From Perkinsus olseni (lineage: Eukaryota): a stretch of 38,117 nucleotides of DNA. The stretch covers positions 1 to 38,117 of the forward strand of contig JABANN010000334.1 of the NCBI GenBank assembly GCA_013115125.1, read 5' to 3'. Every line of letters starts with the position of its first letter. Within the stretch, counting starts at the first letter, position 1. The position numbers were made by a program, and so were the translations under genes. Below are positions 1-11,586 of this stretch, piece by piece. The notes beneath the pieces are model-generated. The model was not told the DNA's origin and did no database searches. It saw nothing but the letters and a program-made list of their open reading frames with translations.

Positions 1-953
1 AACTACTCAAGCATATCTTATCGTTACTGAGCAGATGAATTAAAGGGCGAGCGATGATCAAAACTGCTCACACATGCGTGCAGCAGCACGCACGCACAAA
101 GCTGCGCGGGATACAACTGCTAGCATCTCCAAAGCTCACTGGTCAAGTACCTCGCGATCTCAGCGTTCTCTCTCGTTTTTTCCCACCCTCCCGACCCAGG
201 GGAAAACCTGACGCCTGAACATCGCGGGATCTTTTGGATCTGAGCACTCAGACGGTCTGAGTCAGACCCCTCGAACCTCAGGCTACGCAGTCTCATCACG
301 ACAGCCGCTAGTCATCAGCCCACGCGAATGACAGCTCCTGCGGACGACATTTCTCCAACGCGTGGACATCAGGATACCAACGTCTGAAACACGAAGAATC
401 TTGGCCGCTTCGGCCAACCATCAACCAGCATCTGGTTTCCGGGCCGCGGGTTAGAGGTTTGTGGTTTTGGGGTTTGGCCCACGAGCAATCCGCTCTTCGC
501 TGCTCAGCATTCGCCTCTTGTCTCTCTCATTGCTAAGATTGTTGAGTGGTGAACCGGATTTTGGACTAAATGGTAACAATCCGTATAAATCTTTCACAAG
601 GGTTAGCGGGACACCTAGGATTGCGACGAGAATCGGCCTCTGGTTAGAGCAACTGACCGGTGGTTAAGCGCAGTCACTGACCGCACAGAGACCGATAATG
701 GTATAAGCCATCTTACTGCGGAGAGAATTGACTCGGAGCACGGCCAGAAAAATTTAGGGAGGCCCCAAATCGAGACCTCAGAATATCGAATCCTTCCGCC
801 AAGTGTCGGCGAGCTAGCCATCACCTATGAGAGTGACAGAGCTCTATGTGCAACACGTATATGTAGAGAGAGTAGTTCATCCGCAAGAATGAAGTCAACG
901 GTCGATTCTAACCTGCACTACTGCGATTTTCCGAAGCATGTCGTAATCCATCA
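1..953 (-). CDS. Possible spliced gene of unknown function, 3' end uncertain or outside the window
   Basis: Minus-strand ATG near 953 gives MMDYDMLRKIAVVQ followed by a GT donor. An acceptor (ctcatag) leads into VMASSPTLGGRIRYSE, and further GT-AG-bounded segments are plausible. No domain recognised. Confidence 0.3.
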
Positions 954-1371
954 TTTCGCTATTTGTTCTTCAAGCCGAAACGTACGCGCCCGCCATCTCA
1001 ACTTCGGGCCTACGGCGCAATATTCAAAACCCGGACTTGACCGATAACTATTCGTTTGGCATCTCCAAAGCAGCGTGGCGGCGGCTGTGATACTGAAAGT
1101 AAGAGGGCCTACAAATTTGGATCTCAGGCGGCGCGCTTACTCGCGTCTTCCAAGCTTCTCACCGCGGTGCTATCGTCGAGCGCTCCAGGCCTTGAAAATC
1201 TGTGTCGCGATTGCATTCTTGGATTTTTTGAGCAAAACGGAGGGAATGAGGAGATATTACATACGATTTTCTGTGTTGATGAGATTAACGCGGCGACGCG
1301 GATTGGATGGCTTCGTCACTGTGAGCATCTTGCCGTGATGATCTTGCTTCATAGCGGTTCCGCTTCTGATA

Positions 1372-2424
1372 ATGGCGATCCTCGGCTACACTCTGAAGGA
1401 GGTCTTTATCATAGCTGCATGCTTTGGTGCAAGCGTCTCCATGATGAACTCTGTCAAATATATACAAACAAGTCTCAACTACCCCTATCCCATGTTCATC
1501 AGTGCCATGCACATGCTGTGGTCTTTCGGAGCTTGTGGCCTGTATCTGAGATGCGACCTGGGTACCTTGCAGCGTTACTCCCTATCGCAGTACCTGCATA
1601 AAATCGTCCCGATCGCCCTTTTCTCCAGCGCGAGCATTGCGTGCGGCAACCTTGCTTTGAAATATATTTTTCCGTCTTTTAATGAGTTGCTGCAGCAAAC
1701 TAGCGCTGCTGTGACGGTTGTGGTAGGTGTCTTTATTTTTGGTAAGAGATATAATCTTGCTACGTATTTCTCCATGTTACCCGTTTGCGGTGGAGCTATT
1801 CTATGTGGTCACGGCGAGGTTAACTTTGTCCTCCTCGGAGCTCTCTTTGCAATCGGTAGTGTCTTCTTCAGAGCGTTGAAGAACACGATGCAAGGGGATC
1901 TTCTCAATGAATCTCTGTCGTCTCTTGAACTGTTGTTTGTCCTCGCTCCGGCCAATCTGTTATTTTTCCTTGTCGGCTCCGTCGTCACGGAGGGTCTCAA
2001 TCCCATTTGGGAAGCTGCTCCCAGTCCCCGAATAATGCTAGCCTTGGTTGTGTCATCTCTCTTGGCATGTGCTTTTAATCTGCTTACTTTCAAGATGCTG
2101 AAATTGCTGTCACCGGTTGGTGCTATGGTAGTGCATTCTCTGAAAACTCCTGGTATGCTAGTCACGTCTTGGGCTCTCTTCGGTAACCCGGTGAAGCAAT
2201 CCCAAATATTAGGCTTTGTCATCATCACTGCGGGCGTCTACTACTACAGGACTAATGGTGCAGAGCTCGCGTCTGGTCCCGAGTTGCCGAGGAATGTTGG
2301 TGATGACGAAAAACTCGATGACGGGTCATTGGATGATGGGCAAGAGACCTATGAGGGTGATGATTCTAGTGGTTGTACCGATCTGGAGATGGGAGAACTA
2401 CGTTCCGATGCTGGTCTCGAATGA
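1372..2424 (+). CDS. Nucleotide-sugar / triose-phosphate transporter family (DMT superfamily) membrane protein, intronless
   Basis: 350-aa ORF with many hydrophobic segments and family-like motifs: MNSVKYI..NYPYPMFISAMH, IACGNLALKYIFPSF, GEVNFVLLG, FRALKNTMQ, FNLLTF..LSPV..VVHSLK, LFGNPV..QILGF. Acidic C-terminal tail. Confidence 0.9.
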   Translation: MAILGYTLKEVFIIAACFGASVSMMNSVKYIQTSLNYPYPMFISAMHMLWSFGACGLYLRCDLGTLQRYSLSQYLHKIVPIALFSSASIACGNLALKYIFPSFNELLQQTSAAVTVVVGVFIFGKRYNLATYFSMLPVCGGAILCGHGEVNFVLLGALFAIGSVFFRALKNTMQGDLLNESLSSLELLFVLAPANLLFFLVGSVVTEGLNPIWEAAPSPRIMLALVVSSLLACAFNLLTFKMLKLLSPVGAMVVHSLKTPGMLVTSWALFGNPVKQSQILGFVIITAGVYYYRTNGAELASGPELPRNVGDDEKLDDGSLDDGQETYEGDDSSGCTDLEMGELRSDAGLE

Positions 2425-2779
2425 ACAATTTTTATTTTCTTTTTCACGAGTAATACGAGTAGATGTATTTCAGGTTTGTGGCCCCAAGTTGGTTCGTACT
2501 ATGATAGCGCTTTTTTTAAAATCAATCATTGCAGGAGTTTGGTTCACTTGATAGTGGAAGGGATTTTGGTCGCTGTACGAGGGAAGTGTATGATGCACAA
2601 TGTCGATTCGGTATCAATATCAATGAGTTTCGGGCAGGTTTGAGTTGGGCGTCTGCGGTATCACCAAGAGATTACTACACTTAAGAATTGGCTCCGCGAA
2701 ATTTCGTACCAGCGTTGGAATAGAGAAGCTCATCGTTCGCTGCTTATCAGTTTCGACATGGTTTTTTGCTAGTCCGTCG

Positions 2780-5700
2780 ATGAGTTCTCAGAGCATCCGT
2801 GTTCGGCTGCCGCAAGTTTTCAGACCAGCGAAGCCTTGGTGTGCTTTGGCCCCGCGCTTCGAGGCGTTCGTGCGCGAGCTCGGTGTGCCGAAGAGAGAGG
2901 ACGCAGTTCGTCTCATAGTTGGAGAAAGATATTTCAGTTCAGCGCCACATGCTGTGGGGGTCGCGGCGACCAGCGGCACTGTCTATCTCGGCATGGGCAT
3001 AGCCGAGGTGAGCCGCTTTTTAGGAGACGCGGTACTCACTGTCCTTTGGTGGGTGCTCAGGTGGGGCTGGGACCCTTGGGGAGCCTCATAGCAAATTTAA
3101 TGAACCATGGTGAGATAGGACTGAGTGAGTACTGCTATGGCATTGAGAACCGGGACGTTGCTCTCGACGAAACTGACCGCGCGCTGCTTTATGCGCTTGG
3201 TAAGTTGCCTAGACGTATCTCTTTGGGAGAGGATACGCAGCTCGAATTCGCAAGTGAGTGCTCCCGAGGGAGAATCTTGCTTCATGAAAGCTGGAAGCGC
3301 ACGGCGTACGATTCTCAGGCGAGAATGACAGGGCATCTACTCCAAGGGGACGCGACCGATTGTTGAAGCACTACATAGGGAAGGGAGCGGATGTGTTCGA
3401 TGTTATCTGCAAGAGACTTATAGATCATGCTTATGTACCTTGGGACGGCTCACACTCACCGCCGCAGTAGTTGCCGCCGAGTCAGGTCTCTAGCCAACTG
3501 GCATATAACGACGGAGGTGGGTGCGCGCTAAGGTTGAGTACTGGTGAGATTGTCCGAGCTCCAGGGATCGTTGTGAAAGGTGAGTTCAATGTTCCTGCTT
3601 TGCGCGAAAGCTTTCTCGTCGCTCCGCGAATTTTGACCCTCCATGGCACATTCCACCCCACGATAATGGTGGAAGACTACGGCAGTTCCCTGAGGCTTCT
3701 TTCTCAGGTCCTGATGCCCTCACAATCTCATCTACGCAAGCGGCCGCAGTAGCGCTTCGTGCCAACGGTTTTGTGGCGAATGATGATGAACTCCACGCGG
3801 CTGACATAACGGAAGCAGCTGTGTGTATCGGGGGGAACGAACTGGCCGGACAGGCTGCAGTGGACCTTGTCCGATCTATCTGGCCACGAGTCAGTCTCAG
3901 CGTTGTGAAGGCAGTCGACTGTGCACCGTTAGAACCTCAACCACGAGCATGACGGTTTCCGATGAGCATGCTTGCTGTTGGGTTCCCCTTCCTGTGGCAA
4001 GAGCTGAAACTCATCCATGAGCTGGCGACTGAAAATCTATTTGGAATGGGTATCGTCTTTATCGCGAATGCGTTGGTATAGTTGTTGCTCTAATTTGTCA
4101 CTCGTTATGTATCCTGGTAAGCAGCAGCGTCACGGGACGCCGCCACGGACGAGCCCACGTGAGATGGCTGAATTGGAGGACCAGATCGTGGCCAGGCTCA
4201 AAGGCCACGTGGACTATCGTCTAGAGGTAATCATGCGAGGATAATGAGCTCGCGGTACGGACACCCGGGAAATTATTCTGAACTGGTCGACAACAAGGTC
4301 GCAGAAATGAGGCTCATTTTTAGAACATGTATAGTCCCTGTCTCAGGGTTTGAAGGCGTTCATAGCTGACGAGATTGCGGCGGCGAAGACTGAGATGCTG
4401 GAGACCTTGGAACAGAGCCAGGCCCAGCGTCAGTCTCCCCGGCCGGCGGCATATGGAGGGTTGGACGACTATGCACTACCGAAACGGTCTGACGAGCGAA
4501 GACCTCGTGTAGGACCATAATGCTGCTCGGATCGGTCCCGTGTCTCTGACGCTTGCTGTGGTGTTTCCCTGCAGATCCCCTCGCGACCGACGCGAGCTCC
4601 GGAAGTTCGAGCTCCCTATGGAAGAGGGCAAGTGGATCGCCTCGAGGACGAAACCGGAATTAGGGCACTGGCAATTGATTTGCCTAGGAAGCCTAAAGAG
4701 CGCCCGCGGGCCCCTCTTTCCGATGATGACGGTCCTCAGAGGGTAGCCGCGCCCGTAGCGGTTCCACGGCAGGATATATCCGGTAGGGAGGTTTCAGTTC
4801 TATCTTCGAGCTGATTACCTGTGGCAGCGCAAACTTCGATGCCGCTGATCAATGTTGACCCCGAGAGGCAGCCGAATGGGGACTTGGCCGTGAGCGCGAG
4901 ACCAGCGGCAGAAGTGAGAGACACCAACGAAGGTAATACCAGTCCCGGTACTGACGCCCTAATGAAGCGCACGGTTCCCTGTCACCCTCAATTGCGTTCC
5001 CATTGTGCTTTCACCTCTCGTTTAATATCCTATGCTGTATCTCCTCCTCATGAGAGTCAATCGACGATTGACAATCGCCCCAGAGTAGTCGACGCGTAGA
5101 CAACGTCCCAGTCACGAGACATCGAGTATTAAGCCGTCAATGCTATTGGTTTATGGACAATACCAGGTTCGCGTAATTGTTTCCATTCGAATTTCTTTGT
5201 AAGGCAGCTCAGGCGACGAGGATAAATTCTTGTCAGGTCACCCGCAACCTCCAGAGCAAACCGTGCGAGCTGCTGCGACCATCAATAACAATTTAGTGAA
5301 GCATGAGGATGTCCGAAGAGCCCGACGGGTTAAAAGCGGCTCTACCGAGCGGAGCTCTGGATCGAATCGTAGCCCGGGCGTTCCTGAGGTAAGCCCTATA
5401 CCTCTGGGAGTCCGAACTTGGAATGTCACGTGGACTGGGTTTGATGGCTTTTCTTCACAACACAAGATAGTGGCTGACTTGATGAGTGGGCTTCCTTGCG
5501 GGCAATTACGTCATTTTCAGGTTGTGCGTTACATGCGTGTTACTAACGACTTTGTCGCTGAGGACGTGATCGAGTTGTCCATTAAGGCCGGCGATCGAGT
5601 GAGGGTGAGACCCTTCCCTTTAGAGTGTCATCTGTTAGGCCTATCTCACTTGTGTTGGTATTGCGGAGTTTGAACTATCACGTATCTCAGGTGAATGAGA

Positions 5701-5783
5701 GCCGTCCGGATTGGACCAACGTCACCGCAATGGACGAAACCAGTGGATGGGTGCCGACCTCCCACCTCGAACCCGATGACTGA
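2780..5783 (+). CDS. Multi-exon gene (possibly two genes) ending in an SH3 domain, with a coiled-coil and Pro/Arg-rich middle
   Basis: The last two exons join across intron 5605-5690 (GTGAGA...TCTCAG) to give VVRYMRVTNDFVAEDVIELSIKAGDRVR|VNESRPDWTNVTAMDETSGWVPTSHLEPDD*, matching the SH3 pattern DF.A....ELS...GD...W...G..P. Upstream exons (MSSQSIRVRLP..., EMAELEDQIVARLK, FIADEIAAAKTEMLETLE) are GT-AG bounded, but continuity was not fully traced. Confidence 0.65.
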
Positions 5784-6219
5784 CCTCTTGTGCTACATTC
5801 TCGTCCGTGTCGAGAATAGATCGCCCGGTGTACCGGTAGTGGATAATGAATACAATTACAGTGCTATTATGGGAATAGCAGTAGATGAATTGCTAAATCG
5901 AGAGAGTTTGTGTTTCAACATGTCTTTTGTCTAATGTGCGGCGTTATGTTGTAAGAGAATACTCGGGATACTAGGGAGTGGTGGCATACTATTGTGACTT
6001 CCTGAAGTCCGTCGAGAGGCGTTGCTGAGTAAACTACGTCCAGCGCATCTTCCGAAGATACCCTATGGTACCATTATAGGGTCCTAGTACGCTCGCTACC
6101 ACTATGGAGATGTGGATGGGATCGGTCACACCTTCAGTCGCCCATCCTTCGGATAGTGCTGACGGTTTAAGACTGGAATGGCTGCACTCGAGAATCATTT
6201 GCAGTTCTCTGCTGTTTCA

Positions 6220-9200
6220 ATGCCACTGCGGCCCTCTCCTGCGAGCTGCCAAATAAAGGTGAGTGCGTATGTCATTGCCGACGGGTCTTTTCTTCAGTCG
6301 AATAGTTCATTCCACACTGTGAACATAGAACACAGGGACTCGTGGAATTTCATTAACGGTTTGCCGTTAGATCCATTGTGAATCCTGAAAGTCTCGAACT
6401 CGATGCTGCATGCTTGAAATAAACACGCTCTATGAGAGAGAATCTAGATGAGGCAGCTATATCCGCCTTGCACTGGAAATTGTGTATCAAAATCGGCAGA
6501 TTGTGCAACATCGTTATGTCTCATATCCTACCCTCGTAAATGTCAGGTGGCAGTTCGAATTCGCCCGCCGGCATTGAAGGAGGAGGACGCTGGCGAGCTC
6601 AGTGTCGTGAAGCTGGTTGACAACACGTCTTTGAAGACGGTCGATGTGCACGGCAGGGCCTCGATGTGGGAAGCAGACTTTGTGTTTGACGACTCCGAGA
6701 ATCTGCTGGCGAAGAGTGAGCCTCATTGCCTGTTGTATCGATGGTGATATTATTCTCGTCCAGATGGCCATGACGTGAGGCAGCAGTATGTGTTCGACCA
6801 CATCGCTCTACCACTAGTCAAAGCTGTTGTGGATGGGTATCCAGCATGCCTGCTCGCGTGAGTCCTGCCGATGCTAGATGCCTCCGAACCCTCACTCATC
6901 GCTGTGCAGGTACGGGCAGACAGGGTCGGGGAAAACGTACACGATGTTGGGTGCTGGCGTTATTGAATCGGGTCCAAGGGTGGATAACCCCGGCATTATA
7001 CCGCGAGCAGCATCAGGTGGTGCAGGCGCTTGTCTCACAAGGACTCCGTAGTCTATGAACGCCCGAGAGAAATTACCGGTTTCGCAGCTGATTGGTGGTC
7101 GCTAGCTGCCGTTGGAATGAAATGATGACGTTGGTCGATATTTCTGTTCTCAGAGCTGTTCCCGCTATTGCAGTCCGGCCGAGCAACGCGTTTCGAAGTT
7201 TATTTCTCCTATCTCGAAATTTTCCACGACCACCTGGAGGACTTACTGGCGCCTCGTCCGGAGGAGCAAGGGGAGAAACGTGGAAAGCGTTTAATGGACG
7301 TCCATATGCACCCCACGATAGGAGTTTACGTCGCTGGGCTCACGCTCAAGGCGATCGAGTCCGCCGGGGAAGTGTGCACGGTCTCCCGGATGGCAAGCCT
7401 CTTACAGCAGTGCTTCTAGGTCACTGAGCTGTTACGGTATGGGATGCAGACGCGGGCGCTGGCATGCAGATCTTTGAGCGATCGTTCTTCTGTTACTCAT
7501 ACGATCGCTACCCTGCATGTTGTGCAGTATTTGGAATCAGACGGAAACGGCGGGGAGAAAGGTACGGGGAAGTGCTGACCATTTTGTGCGTTAATCTCGT
7601 AGCTTCAGGCGTGGTGATGAACTCGAAGCTGCAGCTGGTTGACCTTGCCGGTAGTGAGCGGATGCGTCCCGCTGCGGCTTCATGGGGAAGACACAAGCGA
7701 AAGGTGAGGCCTCGTTTTCACCTGAAGTGGCCGGAAGATACCGGAGCAGGGTGTGATGGTTAACAAAGGCCTCCATCAACTCGCGCTGTGCATTACGAGG
7801 CTGGCAGCGAAGGCAGATCATATCGCTCATGGCCACGACAGTGAAGCAGAGAAGGTCCATGTGCCGTACAGAGACTCGAAGCTCACATTAATGCTCCGAG
7901 AGGCTCTAGGAGGAAATGCTCGTAAGCACGACTGCGCCGACACTCAACGGTTCCGTATCCGCTCCACCCCACTGGCGAGTGGCCTTCCTGACGGAGAACG
8001 ATTTCCTCTTAGGTACAGCAATGATCGCTTGCGTCGCGCCCTCTATGAGTTGCCTTGCTGATAGTTTATCGACTCTAAAGCTGGTAGAACGAGCGAGGTC
8101 CGTAAATACTAAGCCGAATGTGTCTCTACGGATCTGTGACTCAGTGGATCATGTCGCCGAGGTAGGTCATGTTTCCTGCGAGCCGTTTTAAGGCTACATG
8201 ATTGCGGCAGGTGAACGAACTCGAGGACAAGATCTCACGAACTAGGTTGGAGATGAAAAAAGCTTCAACACGTGGAGGTAGTGGCTGGCTCACGATGGGC
8301 TGTTATCTTTTTTACCTGCTCCCGAGTTGGGTCGTAGCAGCACGTCGCTGCTGGAGAGCAGTCCTGCTCGTCACTTGTCTCGGAGGCATGACCTTCTCCC
8401 GTGTGTTCAAAATTCTGAGCTGACGATGCTGAAGGGACTAGAATGGACTGAAATCATTCCGCATCTTCACTTTACCTTTCTCTCGATTGTTTCGCTTCAC
8501 ACGCATGTGGACCCTGTGCCCTGTCTTGTCAGACTTGACCGAGCAGGAGCTGCTGAGTGAGGAACTTGAGAACACGGAATCTATGTAATGTCACCAGCTA
8601 GTGGTGTACGATCAAAGCTCCTCCGTTTCTCAGGCTTCGCCTGCTCGGTGGGTCGCTGCATGGCGGCATGCGGGACGAGCTACGGGCTTCTGCCAAGAGG
8701 TGATGCAGGATACTATAGGGCATCTCTCTCTATGCCCTCGTTTGCTACTCATCCATTTACTGTTCATTCATGGGACATCACTTGAGGGCTACGGAGATCG
8801 CTTGTGGTTGTATCGAAACTGTCAGAGTGTCGTTCTGTTCCCTCGAGACCTCGGTGGTTTCGATGCATTCAGTTTCTTTGTTGCTGCTCAGTTCCTTCCC
8901 TACGTCGTCGTGTAGAGTATCCTCGAGCCGCAGTGGTCCTCTTCCGACGCTCGTGTAGGCTATCAGTGGTGCGCCACGGGAGAGTCGCCACGTCGTTGTT
9001 TCAGAAATCTATCCCGGGATCCGGCTGTATCTGGCCTTTTGTCGTAAGCCATCGCGACGTTAGTCTGCTCAAGCAATTGGGCTACGCTCAGATATGAACT
9101 CGATCCTTCGGTAGCAGCCACAGTGGGTAGCTCGACCACCGACTCCATAAAGCTTCATGACGAAGCATTGAGCGTGAATCCCAGTATGTGCCAACTTGTT

Positions 9201-11480
9201 GGTGGCGAACAAGCGGGCACAATGCTCCTCAAGGTTAACAATGGTGAGCCAGCTGGACTGTTGTTTCATCTAGGAAGCATTAAGTCAGTTGTATTCGCTC
9301 GGTCGTTGCCTCAGCTCTGGAGCATCGGGTTTTCGTAAACGGCAGTCAAGTCGTTGACGAAACTGTCGTTCGCGATGGAGACCGTCTGAGGTTCGGCCAC
9401 TCTGTGCGCTTTCGCGTGGCCATTCCCGAGCGAGAGGAAATTGTCGCGAAGGGAGCAGATACCCTGCGCCTTCGCAACCATGTTCACGTGAGAGACCGCG
9501 GTGCGTTGTCCGTATCGATGCTCGGCGTCCTACTTCAGCATGAGCTCGAGAAAGAACATACCGAAGCTTCGTGTGAAGAATCACCCGAGTACGACGAGGC
9601 GGTGCAGTTCGCAGACGAGTTGGCCGAGAGGATCGGAGATGCTCGCGCGCAGGAGTTTCTGCAGAACTTTTCGCGTGAATTGCCTTTGGTCGCTGAAGCT
9701 AATGCTCTGACGTAATGTCCTCACTCGCACCGACATATGCGAAGCAGCGCCTCTCTATTTTAGTTCGGCACTTCGGCCACATCATCGCATACGGTTCTCG
9801 TTAGAGGTCGTCGTGGATGTGCTGACATATGGATCGGTTGTTCCCGAGATAGTTGTACTAAGATTTGGGATCCTGGTACATCCGTAACTCCTCGTCGTGG
9901 ATGAAGAACTGTCTTGCCGAGTTTACGCACGACTGACGGTGGCTCGACTTAGGTTCGAGTGTGGGCCCCGCTGGACAACGCCGAGCGTTGGGCGAACACT
10001 CAAGGAGAGTTCCGTACTACAGGTAGTTCGGATGGCTTCGGACTGTTAGTGGATCTGACTTGAAGCATTCGGAGGAGCGGGTGCGGGAAGCGTTTTGACT
10101 TGCTAGTCACTGGAAGGTACCGGGAAGTGGGACATTGCTCGACGGTCCCTGAAAACAGCTCGGGTGGGATCTGCGTTCGGATTGGACACCAACATGGGTG
10201 GTAACCATCTGGAGCATCCTATAGAGGTCTGTGAGGTAGACCACGGGAGATCGTAATCGACCCGGACCGGGCACGCCTCCGAAATTTCATCGTCAGTTTG
10301 GCCGAGTGGTCTAAGGCGCCAGACTCAAGTTCTGGTGGAGAAATCCGCGTGGGTTCGAACCCCACAGCTGACATTTTCGTCTTTTGCTATACACCTCAGC
10401 TGTCGATCTTCCGCCAGAAGTTAGAAGTCCTCAGAGAGCTGTATGATCGGAAAACGAGCGGAAGTCCCGACAGTATCCCGGACTTGTCGGATCTGGAAAA
10501 CAACGTCTGGGAGGCTATCACATGCTACGACGTAAGCTCAACTGAATTTAATTTTCTTTCATCTTCCGAGAGACTTACCGCCATGAGCGTAGGTGCGAGG
10601 AGTCCTCACCAACGCAAGCATCGAGCTCGAAGACGAGCGCGCCGAGAGCCAGCGGCGAGGAGAAGAAATACGGTGTCTCCGCGAGCAAATCACCGACATG
10701 GAAGCTGACGTGGCGCAGGCTCGAGAACTGCGTGAAACTATTGTACGTGGCTTGAATCGATGAGCTGATTTCGAGCAAGAAGATTCAGTGTGCTGACACG
10801 ATTCAATCCGTTCTCACTCAGCGATCCAACGAAATGACCATTGCGGAACTCACGGCCAAGGCGGCGAAGCAGGATCGGACGGAGCGGGCTCTGCAAATGG
10901 CTGAGTTGGAACTGCAGAATACGAGGTCCGGACAACTGACGTGCACGTGCTGTTGCTCCAGAGGCGATTGTTGTTTCCATGACAGGAATGAACTAGAGAA
11001 AACCAGGACTCGTCTCGCTGGGAGCGATCCCGGAGGCTGTGGTGAGCGACCTCACTCAGACGATGCCATCCGCAGTTTGGAGATGCGCCTCGATATCAGT
11101 GGTAGGACTCGGATGATAGGGTTCTCACAACAGCAATGCGATTGCATGTGACTGGAGCTGAGGCACTCAGCGTTCCTGTGTGATCAGCATCCGAGCGGAA
11201 CACGGCTATTAGATTTGCCAAAGACCTCCAAAGGGAGCTCACGGAGATGGCCGTTGCCCTGGGACAAGATCAGAAGCGCGTCGAGCGTATTAGAGGTCGC
11301 CTTACCGATCGTTGTGGTAGCTGAAGGTCCTATACATGCTTTGTCGTGCCTCTTTGTTGTTTTCTCTCGTGATTGAGTGCAGTGGGCTTCAATTTGCAAC
11401 CTTGGAACAGGCGGAAGTGAACCCTGTCGGGAGGCCCTTCGCACAGAGCTGATTGAGAGGTTGCTTGCGCTGTGGATGGT
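6220..11480 (+). CDS. Kinesin-3-like protein: motor domain, FHA-like region, KIF1B-like segment, coiled coils. 3' end approximate
   Basis: Spliced translation gives CQIK|VAVRIRP, YGQTGSGKTYTM (P-loop, about 6911), FEVYFSYLEIF, KLQLVDLAGSER, VPYRDSKLTLMLREALGGNA and TAMIACVAPS. Kinesin-3-like tail motifs: PTLVNLSRDPAVSGLLSYEL (about 8940-9100), LPLVAEANAL (about 9680), LSIFRQKLEVLRELY (10400). Confidence 0.88.
10292..10373 (+). tRNA. tRNA-Leu(CAA), copy 1, in a kinesin intron (sense)
   Basis: GTCAGTT/AGCTGAC acceptor stem, A-box TGGCCGAGTGG, anticodon arm CCAGA-CTCAAGT-TCTGG (CAA at 10326-10328), long variable arm, B-box GGTTCGAACC, discriminator A. Confidence 0.97.
10374..10377 (+). terminator. 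Pol III oligo-T terminator of tRNA-Leu copy 1
   Basis: TTTT directly follows the discriminator base, with a second TTTT at 10382-10385. Confidence 0.7.
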
Positions 11481-11586
11481 TAGTTGATCCTTGCTATACT
11501 CTGAGTATCTATGGATGAAACCACGCGCTCGGCTGACCAGGTAGCAAGCGCTGGGATCAGGACTGCTGTAGTTGTGCCCCGAACAG

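Noticed and set aside
247-261. Short inverted repeat CTCAGAC-G-GTCTGAG
   Set aside because: Isolated 7-bp arms with no supporting context, consistent with chance.
123-1071. 13-mer GCATCTCCAAAGC at about 123 and 1059, a possible direct repeat or element boundary
   Set aside because: Several 13-mer matches are expected by chance in 38 kb, and no transposase, reverse transcriptase or terminal repeats lie between them.
1056-1601. 181-aa ORF overlapping the transporter start in another frame
   Set aside because: Non-ATG start in a eukaryotic context and no domain similarity. It is probably the 5' region plus an alternative frame.
6259-6546. Longer (288-nt) first kinesin intron as a possible snoRNA host
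   Set aside because: No convincing C/D or H/ACA box arrangement with a terminal stem was visible. A covariance-model search would be needed.
10298-10399. Shared peptide AEWSKAPDSSSGGEIRVGSNPTADI in ORFs 10298..10708 and 22674..22940
   Set aside because: It is the conceptual translation of the two tRNA-Leu genes, not a protein repeat.
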